64,000 bases of DNA from an uncultured delta proteobacterium (lineage in GTDB: Bacteria > Myxococcota > B64-G9): contig CAVWHX010000003.1 in the NCBI GenBank assembly GCA_963754925.1, positions 384,001 to 448,000 on the forward strand. The letters run 5' to 3'. The stretch's first letter is position 1, and each line of letters starts with the position of its first letter. Both the position numbers and the translations under genes were made by a program. The notes below the pieces were generated by a model. It made no database searches. It saw nothing but the letters and a program-made list of their open reading frames with translations, and had not been told where the DNA came from. Below, piece after piece: positions 41,023 to 50,829 of the stretch.

Positions 41023-42723
41023 CTAGGCCGGCAATTTCCAGTTCTGTGAGTCAAAGTCGACGCCGCTTTTTAGCCGAGTCATTCCCGCGAGCTGCCCGAG
41101 CGCTTTGTTACAGCGCCCGGTCACGAAGGGCTCGATGCCATCCACACGAATTCCGACCAATGGCCCTTGGTTAGCCGAAAGCGTCTCGTTAAGCACCGCA
41201 GCGTGATAGATTTGATCGTTGGACCACGGACGACCCGTGTTCGGTTTGCCGTACGGGGTACCGGATTCCAGATACACGGATTGCTCAAGAACCTTCCATT
41301 GTGATGCTTGGTAGGCACGAACGTGATCGAGGTTGAAATGCTTGTTTACAAACCACTCCACAAAATCGAGATAGTAGGCCTGAAACGTCGAGTTGGCGAG
41401 CATTTTGGTAATCAGCGGTACATCCCCGACTTCAGTATCGCGGAAAAGAATATCTTTATCCTGCCAGGCGCGCTTTTGGCCGGGCCAACTGAGCCCAAGC
41501 ACGCTATCGATATCGTAGGGAAAAAATGTCGCACATGGCAGAATATCCGGGGAATCATCAACCGCCAAATGGAGATAATAATTTTGACTATTGAGATAGT
41601 AGGTGTCCCACGAACCGAGTAGGTTTATGACCGCCATGGTTCTCAAGAATTGTTCAGCATCAAGGATCATACGCACGGTATCGACAAAGGCGGCGCTCGC
41701 GGGGTCTCTTGAATGGAAGGCCGTGATAAAGCGAGCTAGGGCATCGTAGTCGCTATCGTGCGTGTCAAGCCATGGTTCATACGAACGGCCATCGGGACGG
41801 GAGTTGGGGGTAAAATAGTCGGCTCCGCGTTTTCCGCGAAGCGCCAGGGGCGCGCCGCCGGGGAGGTCGCCGTACTGGCCTTTGAATATGGCGCGATGCT
41901 TGACGCCGGGAAGAAGTTTGTTGAAATGGTACTCGTCAACGGGCGGCAGGGCTACATACGTTCCGTAATAGGCGCCGTTTAACGTGAGCTCGGAGTAGAT
42001 ACTCGGCCGAAACGGGCAGCCAGCCAAACCCAGGAAATCAAAGGCCAGCCGGACCCGTTGGTACGAGGGGTCGCGAATACTGTTGAGCAGGCACAGGTGC
42101 CGCGGAATCCCGGCCTTTTCATCACGGTCAAGATAGACGGAAACATTGACTTTCGCATCGCGCCGACTCGTATTACCCCGGCGCTTCACCGAGACCTGCT
42201 CTCCTCGTTCGATAATAATTACGCCGTTGTCCAGATCCGGCTGTTTCGGCACGTTGAGCGACGGCGTCGTTTCGAACACCCGTACGGTCGCGCCCGCGCT
42301 TCCCTGGGCTCGCAGCGGCTCGCCGGAAGCATCGTCTTGCCAGAGCGTTTTGAGATCCACCCCGTCAATCTGAACAACCAAAATCGTGGCTCCCCGTGCC
42401 CCAAGACCCTCAAACAAGGTGGTCCGATCAGCCGTCGCCTTTTGCCACTGAGCCACCACCGATCCAGCGGTCGTCAACGCACCATCGCTGGCATCCCGAA
42501 AACGGATCGTTCCGTCCGCGGAAGAACCGGGCAGTTGCCGAAGCGTTTCCGCCGCCCTTTCAAATTCCGACGCTCCTCGCAAGTATGAATCCGAATTGGA
42601 GGGATCAGCCGCCTGTTCGGCGATCTGCCGCGCCCTTGAGCCCTGGGGCAGCGCGCGTATGAATACCAAACCCAGAAGATCTCTTAGGTCCTTCGACGTC
42701 CCTGTGTCTGGAATGCGATTCAT
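41023..42723 (-). CDS. CotH-like kinase family protein
   Basis: RGNTSR, DPSYQR, LNGAYYGTY, WDTY..NYYL, PYDID - CotH-type motifs; AAGGAG RBS. Confidence 0.75.
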   Translation of the reverse strand: MNRIPDTGTSKDLRDLLGLVFIRALPQGSRARQIAEQAADPSNSDSYLRGASEFERAAETLRQLPGSSADGTIRFRDASDGALTTAGSVVAQWQKATADRTTLFEGLGARGATILVVQIDGVDLKTLWQDDASGEPLRAQGSAGATVRVFETTPSLNVPKQPDLDNGVIIIERGEQVSVKRRGNTSRRDAKVNVSVYLDRDEKAGIPRHLCLLNSIRDPSYQRVRLAFDFLGLAGCPFRPSIYSELTLNGAYYGTYVALPPVDEYHFNKLLPGVKHRAIFKGQYGDLPGGAPLALRGKRGADYFTPNSRPDGRSYEPWLDTHDSDYDALARFITAFHSRDPASAAFVDTVRMILDAEQFLRTMAVINLLGSWDTYYLNSQNYYLHLAVDDSPDILPCATFFPYDIDSVLGLSWPGQKRAWQDKDILFRDTEVGDVPLITKMLANSTFQAYYLDFVEWFVNKHFNLDHVRAYQASQWKVLEQSVYLESGTPYGKPNTGRPWSNDQIYHAAVLNETLSANQGPLVGIRVDGIEPFVTGRCNKALGQLAGMTRLKSGVDFDSQNWKLPA

Positions 42724-42810
42724 GATCGTCTCCTTCCAACTGAGTTTCCGGCGGCCAGCCGGGAGTCTTTTGGGGTCCGTTACCGTTAGGCCTCGATATG
42801 AATGCCTGCG

Positions 42811-43380
42811 TCAGATGAGACCCGCGTCACCGGCAAGCAATGCCTGTCTAATTTCCCGGAAACTGTATTTTCCGTCGATCAAGCGATCAAAGACCCACAC
42901 CAGATCGAACCGTTCGTCCGCCCAGACCTTCGTTTGCGGAATGCTCCCGCCGGGAATGGCGGCTGCGATGGCAGGAATCAGCTCATGCTGCCACGAGATC
43001 AACACCGTCCCGGATTTTGTTAGAACGTCTTTGCAGAGACTGTTTTCCTGGCCTTTCGACCAATCCAGGAATATCGTGACACCTAACCGCAGAGCCAGCG
43101 GCTCTATCGTTTCCTTGGGTCTGCGACTTTTGCTGCCGAGGTGATCTGCTTTTTCAGGGTCTGCCGCATAGAGGTGCCGAGGAACGGAAAGCCCGCGACT
43201 AGGGGCGATATCGGCGGAGCCGAATAACAGGCTCAATGCGCCGGCCCGTTGCCAACCACGCACCGACAGCGATTCCTCGCTCTTAGAACCGTCTGATTTC
43301 ACGCCGCCGCGTTCGTCTTTTTCACTATGACTAGGCTTCTCTGCGTGCCGGATTATCATCACTCGTTCTGGTTGAGACAT
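42811..43380 (-). CDS. Histidine phosphatase (phosphoglycerate mutase-like) family protein
   Basis: IIRHAEKP, LSVRGWQRA, RPKETIEPLA, VLISWQHE. Confidence 0.8.
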   Translation of the reverse strand: MSQPERVMIIRHAEKPSHSEKDERGGVKSDGSKSEESLSVRGWQRAGALSLLFGSADIAPSRGLSVPRHLYAADPEKADHLGSKSRRPKETIEPLALRLGVTIFLDWSKGQENSLCKDVLTKSGTVLISWQHELIPAIAAAIPGGSIPQTKVWADERFDLVWVFDRLIDGKYSFREIRQALLAGDAGLI

Positions 43381-43737
43381 TTTTCTTCTCCCCAAACGGT
43401 TACCCCATGGGAAACCCTTAGCGGACCGCGAACATCGGTTCGTTGTCTCGCTTCCTTAACGAGAGGTACCGTATGAGCAACGAGAAAGAACTTTTTTCGT
43501 ACTTCCCGCCAGCGGTAAACTCACCGGACCACAAAATGTAAGTCCGTGCATTCGATTGTCAAACGAAGCCGCCCGGATATGTTGTTCTAAGAAAAAATCC
43601 AGATTGGCAAGCAACCCATTCATAGATCCCGAAAGGTTCTTATTACTTGACGCGCCAATGGGTCAACTAACTATCTGTAATTCAAGCACATTGTTAAACT
43701 AGGGGATGGGGCAGAGGGAACAGAATACTAGTCTGTT

Positions 43738-44439
43738 TCACCAGCGGTCAAAATAGGTGAGTATCGATTTCATAACGTTGTTGATTCTCTCAAAGCGATT
43801 ATTGTCTCTCAATAACTCATGTTCAGATTGAACCCAGGTTCCCGGCACGAGATCGCTTCGGCAGTTCTCGACGAGGGCTTGGGCGGATTCGACCGTGGTT
43901 TCCAGGTGAAATTGCAGGCCCAACACCCGATCGCCGACTGTGAATGCTTGGCGCTCGCATGCTTCGCTGCGCACCAGATGAATGGCGTTCGGAGGCAACT
44001 CAAACGTCTCGCCATGCCAATGAAAGACTTCGAGTGACGGTGGAAAAAGAGACGCCAACGGCGAAAACCCACCGCCATCTATCCTATTGATTTTGAACCA
44101 TCCGATCTCGCGTTCTTTGTTCGCATAAACTTTTGCCCCGAGCGCGCTCGCAATGAGCTGGGCCCCAAGGCATACGCCGAGCACAACCTTACCGGAATCA
44201 ATGGCCCGCCGTATAAATTGTTTTTCTTGGTTGAGCCATGGGTGGTTGTGTTCATCGTTCACACTCATCGGGCCGCCAATGGCGATGAGCCAGTCAACCT
44301 CAGACATATCCGGAAATCGTGGTTCTTGGTAGAGCCTGGTGGAGGTGATCGCCGCCGCCCGAGTATCAAGCCACGTCTGAATGCTGCCGAGACCCTCAAA
44401 AGGTACGTGTTGGAGAAAATGGACTCTCACGTTTGTCAT
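43738..44439 (-). CDS. Class I glutamine amidotransferase (GATase1)
   Basis: QHVPFEG, GGPMS, GVCLGAQL, HWHGETF, QFHLE. Confidence 0.9.
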   Translation of the reverse strand: MTNVRVHFLQHVPFEGLGSIQTWLDTRAAAITSTRLYQEPRFPDMSEVDWLIAIGGPMSVNDEHNHPWLNQEKQFIRRAIDSGKVVLGVCLGAQLIASALGAKVYANKEREIGWFKINRIDGGGFSPLASLFPPSLEVFHWHGETFELPPNAIHLVRSEACERQAFTVGDRVLGLQFHLETTVESAQALVENCRSDLVPGTWVQSEHELLRDNNRFERINNVMKSILTYFDRW

Positions 44440-44480
44440 CCGTGCCAAGAACAAGGCGCCCGGCTGCGCTTCTTGTTCCC

Positions 44481-44912
44481 CTACTTAGCGGGTGTCAGCT
44501 GCGACGTGCAATGGCCGCATTTTATTGCTTTGATCGGGATCGCTGTAGCGCAGAACGGACACTCCTTGGTCGTCACCGGTGCTGGTTTCCGCAACTTATT
44601 AAATTGGCGGACCAAAATGAAGACAACTAAGGCAACGATCAGAAAGTCAATTACCGTATTGACGAATAAACCATAATTCAACGTTGCGGCCCCCACCTTT
44701 TTCGCCTCCGCCAGCGATTCGACCGATTGCCCCGAGAGGTTAACAAAGAGGTTGGAGAAGTCCACTTTCCCAAGCAGTAGGCCGATGGGCGGCATAAGAA
44801 TGTCGCTGACGATCGAAGTTATTACCTTGCCAAACGCCGCACCGATGATGATACCGACCGCCATATCGATCATATTGCCCTTCATCGCAAATTCTTTGAA
44901 TTCCTTAAGCAT
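44481..44912 (-). CDS. mscL: Large-conductance mechanosensitive channel with C-terminal CxxC..CxxC tail
   Basis: [31 protein letters not shown]. Confidence 0.95.
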   Translation of the reverse strand: MLKEFKEFAMKGNMIDMAVGIIIGAAFGKVITSIVSDILMPPIGLLLGKVDFSNLFVNLSGQSVESLAEAKKVGAATLNYGLFVNTVIDFLIVALVVFILVRQFNKLRKPAPVTTKECPFCATAIPIKAIKCGHCTSQLTPAK

Positions 44913-45054
44913 GAGCCACGCTCCTTTCCCAAATGAACTTGACGTCCCTACGTATGGAACTACTTGTCAGCCACCCGCTGTGTCAATTAATCTCTTTTGC
45001 CTTGAAGGCGCATACTATTCCATTCTTTTAATACCGACACAAGAGTAAAGATAG

Positions 45055-45081
45055 GGTAATGTCTCAGTTTGAGGCTTACGG
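45055..45081 (+). mobile_element. Solitary end of the 59535-59694 MITE family
   Basis: GGTAATGTCTCAGTTTGAGGCTTACGG matches the MITE right end GGTAGAGTCTCAGTTTGAGGCTTACGG at 25 of 27 positions. Confidence 0.75.
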
Positions 45082-45096
45082 CAACAGTGGTGGTAC

Positions 45097-45834
45097 ATGA
45101 CGGTTAAAGCCATTCTCTTCGACTACGGTAACACGCTTATATCCACCAGGCTGGACTGGAATCAGGTTCTCAGAGAAAATATCGGTAATCTGATACGCAC
45201 CATAACAACCACACTTCCGACCGTCGATACGATACAATTAGTGCAAGACTTTCTGTTTTTACGGGCGATCGGCAAGCAGCGAGCAACCTATGAGTGGATT
45301 GAGACAACCGCAGAAACCTCGCTTGCCCAGGCGCTTGCTCTCCAGGGATTGTCGGCGGTGGAGCCTCGGATTATTCAACAAGGGGTAGATGCTTTTTTTG
45401 CCCCCGAGGAGCGACTCTATGCGCCGGTCAAGGACGTACCCGAAATGCTCAATACACTATGCTCCGCAGGCCTCAAGCTTGCGTTGGTGAGCAACGCCAC
45501 CTCCGGCCGGCTCATTCGCCGCTCGCTTTCGAAGGCTCTGCTTGCCCCGTACTTCGATCAGGTAGTGGTCTCAGCCGATCTGGGGATTTGTAAACCCAAT
45601 CCGGCGATTTTCACGCATGTTGTGCATGCGCTGCAGGTGGAATCGGCGAGCGCCATCATGGTCGGCGATCGGTTGGATACCGACATCGCTGGAGCGCATG
45701 CCGCCGGGATTCGTTCGGTGCTTGCAAACTTTTTCGACGATAAAGCCAGCGTGCGCCCCGATGACCCTCAACCAGATGCCGTAATCAACACTCCTCATGA
45801 GCTCGTTGAGTTAATACTCGCCGAGATGCGTTGA
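45097..45834 (+). CDS. HAD family hydrolase
   Basis: FDYGNTL, VSN, KPNPAIF, VGDRLDTDI. Confidence 0.88.
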   Translation: MTVKAILFDYGNTLISTRLDWNQVLRENIGNLIRTITTTLPTVDTIQLVQDFLFLRAIGKQRATYEWIETTAETSLAQALALQGLSAVEPRIIQQGVDAFFAPEERLYAPVKDVPEMLNTLCSAGLKLALVSNATSGRLIRRSLSKALLAPYFDQVVVSADLGICKPNPAIFTHVVHALQVESASAIMVGDRLDTDIAGAHAAGIRSVLANFFDDKASVRPDDPQPDAVINTPHELVELILAEMR

Positions 45835-45850
45835 ACAGTCGTCAATAAGA

Positions 45851-45980
45851 GTCATTCCCGCGGAAGCAGGAATCCCAGCAATAGCCAATTTAGATCCCCG
45901 CCTTCGCGAGGATGACTAATTAACGATGTGTCATTCCCGCGTAAGCGGGAATCCAGGAGATGGACAATCTGGATCCCCTC
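45851..45980. repeat. Paired GTCATTCCCGCG..GCGGGAATCC REP-like palindromes between convergent genes
   Basis: 45851-45875 with inverted partner 45892-45916; second unit 45930-45956 with a truncated partner. Confidence 0.75.
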
Positions 45981-46018
45981 TTTAGAGATTGTGGCGAGCG
46001 AAACGAAGCTAGAGGTAA

Positions 46019-46687
46019 TTAAAAATGAATACGAGCAGTCCAGCTCTCCGGACCGTACAGGTCAGGGATTACCAGATCGGCCCCGCAACTCAGTAACGTA
46101 GACTGATCAAACCGACCCGAGGCAACCCCCACCGCAAACGTCGATGCCGCGTGTGCCGCTTCAATATCGCGAGGGGTATCACCGATAACAACCGCCTCTA
46201 TCGGTTCGCTACCGGCATGAAAGCGCGCCCGCCGAATGGCCATCCGGACAATCTCTACGCGCGCCTCCGCATCCGATCCGAATCCGCCGAACTGGAAGAA
46301 ACGGTTAAGATCTCCGCGCGCAAGCTTGATCGCAGCGCCCCGTTCAAGGTTCCCGGTCGCCAGTCCACATAACACCCCGCCGTGGCCCCCGATGAAGGCG
46401 AGGCTCTCGCGCACGCCAGCCAAGACCTGGTACTGCGTGCGGGCGATCTCCTCGGGCAGATAAGCGAGATACCGATCGAGCACGGCGGCAATGTTTTCAG
46501 CGCTATCCAACCCTCGGGGGGATAGCACGGCGCGAACAATGGCTGGATCGGTCATCCCGCTGCAATCAATCCGGCTCACGCCATCCGCCATGCCGAAGAG
46601 ATCAAAAATAGCCCGGTCGAGGGCCCGAACTCCCGCGGGGAAGGAAGAAATCAAGGTGCCATCAATATCGAACAGATACGCACGCAC
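46019..46687 (-). CDS. HAD family hydrolase
   Basis: FDIDGTL, GMTD, ATGN, IGDTPRD. Confidence 0.88.
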   Translation of the reverse strand: MRAYLFDIDGTLISSFPAGVRALDRAIFDLFGMADGVSRIDCSGMTDPAIVRAVLSPRGLDSAENIAAVLDRYLAYLPEEIARTQYQVLAGVRESLAFIGGHGGVLCGLATGNLERGAAIKLARGDLNRFFQFGGFGSDAEARVEIVRMAIRRARFHAGSEPIEAVVIGDTPRDIEAAHAASTFAVGVASGRFDQSTLLSCGADLVIPDLYGPESWTARIHF

Positions 46688-46720
46688 TCAAAACCTGCCG
46701 AAGAGGTTAAGGGGTCCTAT

Positions 46721-47470
46721 CTAGCGGGTATCGACATCGTCACCGTTTGTTGGTGAAACTGTTTGAGGTTCCCTGCGCTTTGCGACCGCCGACAGCTCCA
46801 GAAAGACATCGGCTGCCGTCCTCTCGTTGTTTTTCAGGGCGCTCTCAAGCATCTTGAGCCACTCCTGATCCTGTTGCAATCGAACCGTGTGGGTCGGCTC
46901 TCCACCCCCCATCGGTCGCTGCAGCAAGGTAAGGAGGAGGCGATCCGTAGCATACACCAGCGCAAACCACTGCTGCGGAGGTGTACCGTCATCAGCCACC
47001 ATCAGAACGGTCTTGCCGAAGTTGAGCAACGGCGGCACTACCTGCGCGGCTTCCACCAGAGCAAGCTCATCGCTGACATAGAGATCTGACAACCAGGCGT
47101 CCATTAACCGTGGAATCTCAGGATCGATACGCGCGACACCTTCGCGAATGATCGCGGCCGAAATGGCATTCTGTGTGCGTATCAGGAGAGCCGCCGCATT
47201 CGTGCGCATAGCGGCTTCCCCGGCTGCGCGCACCCCCTCCCGACAAGCATCCCCCAAGGTACGCATGGCAGCCGGAGCGTGCAACAGCAACGCCGGGTAG
47301 TGGCTGACAAAGGTTTCGATCCTGCCAAGCAGCGTTTCCCATGAGCGCGGTGAAACCAGAAGCTCGCGATCCAGCGCATCCGCCTCGGCCAAAACCGCCT
47401 GACCCGGAGAGTGGGCGCACACAGCCTGGACTATCGGCCCACGAGATGTACTTTTGTCACAGGTCACCAT
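46721..47470 (-). CDS. Hypothetical protein
   Basis: Long ORF directly downstream of pheT in the same operon. Confidence 0.55.
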   Translation of the reverse strand: MVTCDKSTSRGPIVQAVCAHSPGQAVLAEADALDRELLVSPRSWETLLGRIETFVSHYPALLLHAPAAMRTLGDACREGVRAAGEAAMRTNAAALLIRTQNAISAAIIREGVARIDPEIPRLMDAWLSDLYVSDELALVEAAQVVPPLLNFGKTVLMVADDGTPPQQWFALVYATDRLLLTLLQRPMGGGEPTHTVRLQQDQEWLKMLESALKNNERTAADVFLELSAVAKRREPQTVSPTNGDDVDTR

Positions 47471-47471
47471 G

Positions 47472-49142
47472 TTACATGAGCGCCCCGAGAACAATTTCGA
47501 AAGCCGCCGCCGGAGTGCTCAGTTGCCAGCGCGTCAATACCTCGGGATGCAGCTCACCCAGCAATCCTGCCGGCTTTCCCCCGACGTGAATCTCGGCTGA
47601 CCGTCCGGGCAGGAACCACGGGTGGGTACATTCCTTCAGCGCAGGGGTGAGTTTCAATTGGTAGAGTAAATATTCCAAATCGGAATAGGCCTCGGCCAAG
47701 CTCGCGCCGCGATGGCAGGAGAGCGCGCCCAAGTGCAATTCGGTGCGCGAACCATGACTGGCCGTACGGTCGAAGATCGCCACATCGCCGGTTTCGAATA
47801 GTCGATGCGGGTACGCGGCGGTGGGGCTGTGCGACTCGATTCGGAGCAAGCTGGGCAGGATCGCATCGCGGAGGGCGTTGTAGTTTTCATTCATAACGTT
47901 AGCGACTTCCACCAATGGTTGACCTTCGGTGTTCATGCGTTCGCGCACATCCGAACGCGCCACGAGGATGTTCGAGATGGTCTCCTCGTAGCCCATGCCC
48001 ACCAGGTGGTCGCGCACTTTGTCCTCGCAGTGGCTCAGCGAATCCGAGCGCCCGGGGGTGAAATCTCGCGGCATGCGCGGCTCGAAGGTGCTGTAACCTC
48101 GAGCAATGGCAAAATCCTCGACGGCGTCGACGGCGTGCAGGTAATCCAAACGGGTCGGCGGCGGCTGGATGCGGAGCCGCTCGGCGTCGGTACGCACCTC
48201 ACAACCATAGCATTCCAAAACGCGATCAACTTCGATTGAATTGACCGAGATCCCCAGCAACCTGCCAAACTCGGCCACCGGGAGCGTGAGCTCTTGCGGC
48301 AAGCGGCAGGGAACTTCAACTCGATTGCCCACAGGCGTGTCAAAGGGGAAAACGCTCTGCACCCGCTCGATTCGACCGCCGCGGTCGGCGAGATCACAGG
48401 CCATAATGTTGAGTGACAGGATGATTTGATAGAGATTGGTACCCGTGGCCTCAACGAAGAGGTCGCAATCACCCGGGACAACCTCTCCCACCTCCCGCGA
48501 GTTTATGATCGGCGGCATTGAAAGGGTCAATCCACTGCTATCGGTCAGCAACGGTACCAGGTCATGACCTCTAAGGATTTCGCGGTACTCAATACCCTTG
48601 GGATGACGCTCCAGGATCTCCTGCAGGCTGAGAGCCTCCTCGAACCCGAGCGGCACGTACCGATGTTTCCCCGGGTCAACCGCCTGGTAGTTGATGGGAA
48701 ACGTTATTTTCTTGAAATTGTACACCCCGATTGCCACATCGCGGCGCTTGCGGCCGTAGTTCTCCGCCAATTTTTCCTGGCTTTGAATGATCTGAGCCAA
48801 CGAGCGATCGGTCACCCGAAGCCCGCGCACGACAAACGCCGCAACATAGGGCCGAATGTGGCGCAATCGCTCATCGACGTGAATCTCCCCAATTGACCGT
48901 CCGTTGAAGAACGGGTAATCCCGACGTCGGCCGGTCACCGCTCGCAACTGTCGGGCGATGCCGCCGACCGACCATAGATCCGGCCGATTGGTATCGTTGA
49001 GCTCAATTCTCCAGCGGCCGTCCGGATCGGTGCCCCGAAACTCGCCTTTCACCAGATCGATCAGCTCACCCAGCGCGCGTTCATCCAGCGGCGCGCCATA
49101 CAACTCGGCAAAATCCTGCGGGTCGACCCAGATCGTCGGCAT
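47472..49142 (-). CDS. pheT: Phenylalanine-tRNA ligase beta subunit, short archaeal/eukaryotic type
   Basis: MPTI, NRPDLWS, QEKL..YGRKR, MPPIINS, RLDYLH..DAVED.AIARGY, YPHRLFE, GELHPEVL; 556 aa. Confidence 0.92.
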   Translation of the reverse strand: MPTIWVDPQDFAELYGAPLDERALGELIDLVKGEFRGTDPDGRWRIELNDTNRPDLWSVGGIARQLRAVTGRRRDYPFFNGRSIGEIHVDERLRHIRPYVAAFVVRGLRVTDRSLAQIIQSQEKLAENYGRKRRDVAIGVYNFKKITFPINYQAVDPGKHRYVPLGFEEALSLQEILERHPKGIEYREILRGHDLVPLLTDSSGLTLSMPPIINSREVGEVVPGDCDLFVEATGTNLYQIILSLNIMACDLADRGGRIERVQSVFPFDTPVGNRVEVPCRLPQELTLPVAEFGRLLGISVNSIEVDRVLECYGCEVRTDAERLRIQPPPTRLDYLHAVDAVEDFAIARGYSTFEPRMPRDFTPGRSDSLSHCEDKVRDHLVGMGYEETISNILVARSDVRERMNTEGQPLVEVANVMNENYNALRDAILPSLLRIESHSPTAAYPHRLFETGDVAIFDRTASHGSRTELHLGALSCHRGASLAEAYSDLEYLLYQLKLTPALKECTHPWFLPGRSAEIHVGGKPAGLLGELHPEVLTRWQLSTPAAAFEIVLGALM

Positions 49143-49146
49143 GGAA

Positions 49147-50709
49147 TCAATCCCTTACCCATACGCGGGTGTTGCGGATTTGGTTGAGGTCTACCGAAAA
49201 CAGCTCGCGAATATCCTTGATCCCCAGCGCCATCATGGCCATGCGGTCAAGCCCAAGACCCCAGGCTATCACCGGAACCTTGACGCCCTGAGGAACGGTC
49301 ACCTCCGGCCGGAAGATCCCGGCGCCGCCCAACTCCATCCAGCCTACTTCCGGATGACGAATGTGCACTTCGACCGACGGTTCGGTGAACGGGAAATACG
49401 CCGGGGCAAAGCGAACTTCTTTGGCCTGTGCCACCTCTTCGGCAAACAGCCGCAACAGGCCGAGCAAGGTCACGAAATCGATCTGCTCACCTAACACAAT
49501 CCCTTCGCACTGGAAAAAATCCGGCGCATGGGTGGCGTCAACTTGATCGTAACGGAAACAACGCGCGATCGCGAAGTATTTGCCCGGCACCGAAGCCCGC
49601 TGGAGCCAGCGCGCCGAAAGGACGGTGCCCTGACTGCGCAGCACCAGACGCCGCGCTCGGGTGCTGTCGAAGGTGTATCCCCAGCCCCGACTGCCGGTGT
49701 TATAGCCATTCGCGTGCGCGGACGCCACGCGAGAAGCAAAGGGTTCATCGAGCTTATCCGCGTGGGTCGGCTCCTTGACAAAATAGACATCGTGGATGTC
49801 GCGGGCGGCGTGGAACTGCGGCATAAAGAGCGCATCCATGTTCCAAAACTCGGTCTCGACCAGCTCGCCCCGCATTTCCTCAAAGCCAAGCCCGATCAGA
49901 GTCCGGCGCACAAAGTCTAAAAACTCGCGGTAGGGATGCCGCCGGCCGGCCACCCGCCGTGGCGGCTTAATGTCAAGGCTATAGCGCCTAAACGTCTTGT
50001 CACGCCAGCTACCGTCCGCGAGCATCTCGGGGGTGAGCTCGTTGAGCTCGTCGCTCCGTCGGCCCAGGTGGTGGACGGCTTCGCGCACGGCGAGGCCGAG
50101 CTCGGTGAAACGCAGCCGACGAGTGGTGTCGGCGCCGATTCGAAAGATTCCTTTGGACTTGCCGCGTTTGCGGCTTGCGCTTTCGATGCGCTCGCGATCG
50201 GCTTCCGTGAGCGAGTCTAAGGACATCCGCCCCGCGTCGCCGACCGCACGGATGAGCGCCCCAAGCTCTTCGATGGGCGCGCAATTGGCCTGCTCGACCA
50301 GTTTCATACTGGACGGCGGGCTTGCCGCCACTATCCCGTGAGCCTTGAGCACACCGAGGGCCGCCCCGGCCTCGCGCGGGTCAAGACCAGGCAGTTTCTG
50401 GAGCTCGGCAACGGGCGCCTCCCCTACCTCGCGCAGCTTCGCCACCAAACGCAGTTCGGGCGTGCCTTTGCTGTAGCTTTGCCCCAGTTCGGTCAACTCA
50501 ACCCACTTACGCTCGACCGTCTCAGCTATGGCTAAACACTCTTTAGCAATCTGCCACTCGATCACCGTTCGCAGTTGGGCGTCGTTCATCTGCCCACGGT
50601 CGACCAGTTCCTGGTCGGTGAACTCGGTGCGCTCGGCGCTTATTTCCAATACTCGGATTTCTAGCGGGTGCAAACTCGCAGCAATTTCTTGCGCTCTCGT
50701 GGTCGACAT
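49147..50709 (-). CDS. pheS: Phenylalanine-tRNA ligase alpha subunit, long archaeal type
   Basis: LHPLE N-terminus, FWNMDALFMPQFHAARD, FRYDQVDATH, YFPFTEPS, AWGLGLDR; 520 aa. Confidence 0.93.
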   Translation of the reverse strand: MSTTRAQEIAASLHPLEIRVLEISAERTEFTDQELVDRGQMNDAQLRTVIEWQIAKECLAIAETVERKWVELTELGQSYSKGTPELRLVAKLREVGEAPVAELQKLPGLDPREAGAALGVLKAHGIVAASPPSSMKLVEQANCAPIEELGALIRAVGDAGRMSLDSLTEADRERIESASRKRGKSKGIFRIGADTTRRLRFTELGLAVREAVHHLGRRSDELNELTPEMLADGSWRDKTFRRYSLDIKPPRRVAGRRHPYREFLDFVRRTLIGLGFEEMRGELVETEFWNMDALFMPQFHAARDIHDVYFVKEPTHADKLDEPFASRVASAHANGYNTGSRGWGYTFDSTRARRLVLRSQGTVLSARWLQRASVPGKYFAIARCFRYDQVDATHAPDFFQCEGIVLGEQIDFVTLLGLLRLFAEEVAQAKEVRFAPAYFPFTEPSVEVHIRHPEVGWMELGGAGIFRPEVTVPQGVKVPVIAWGLGLDRMAMMALGIKDIRELFSVDLNQIRNTRVWVRD

Positions 50710-50829
50710 CTCTCATCACCTATAGAAATAAATAAAACGGCTCGCCCGCCCGGTGCCAAACTACTCGGACTACAAGCTGATGCTGTCTAACACATCGGCC
50801 CGGCGGAGTCAAAAGGGGGTTTTTGCCGC

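Noticed and set aside
43400..43735. Riboswitch or 22-codon ORF (MSNEKELFS..) in the intergenic gap
   Set aside because: No recognisable aptamer consensus or terminator; the ORF is too short to support.
44481..44570. MscL C-terminal zinc ribbon as a novelty
   Set aside because: The TTKECP.C..IP..A..C..CTS tail is a familiar MscL variant in many bacteria.
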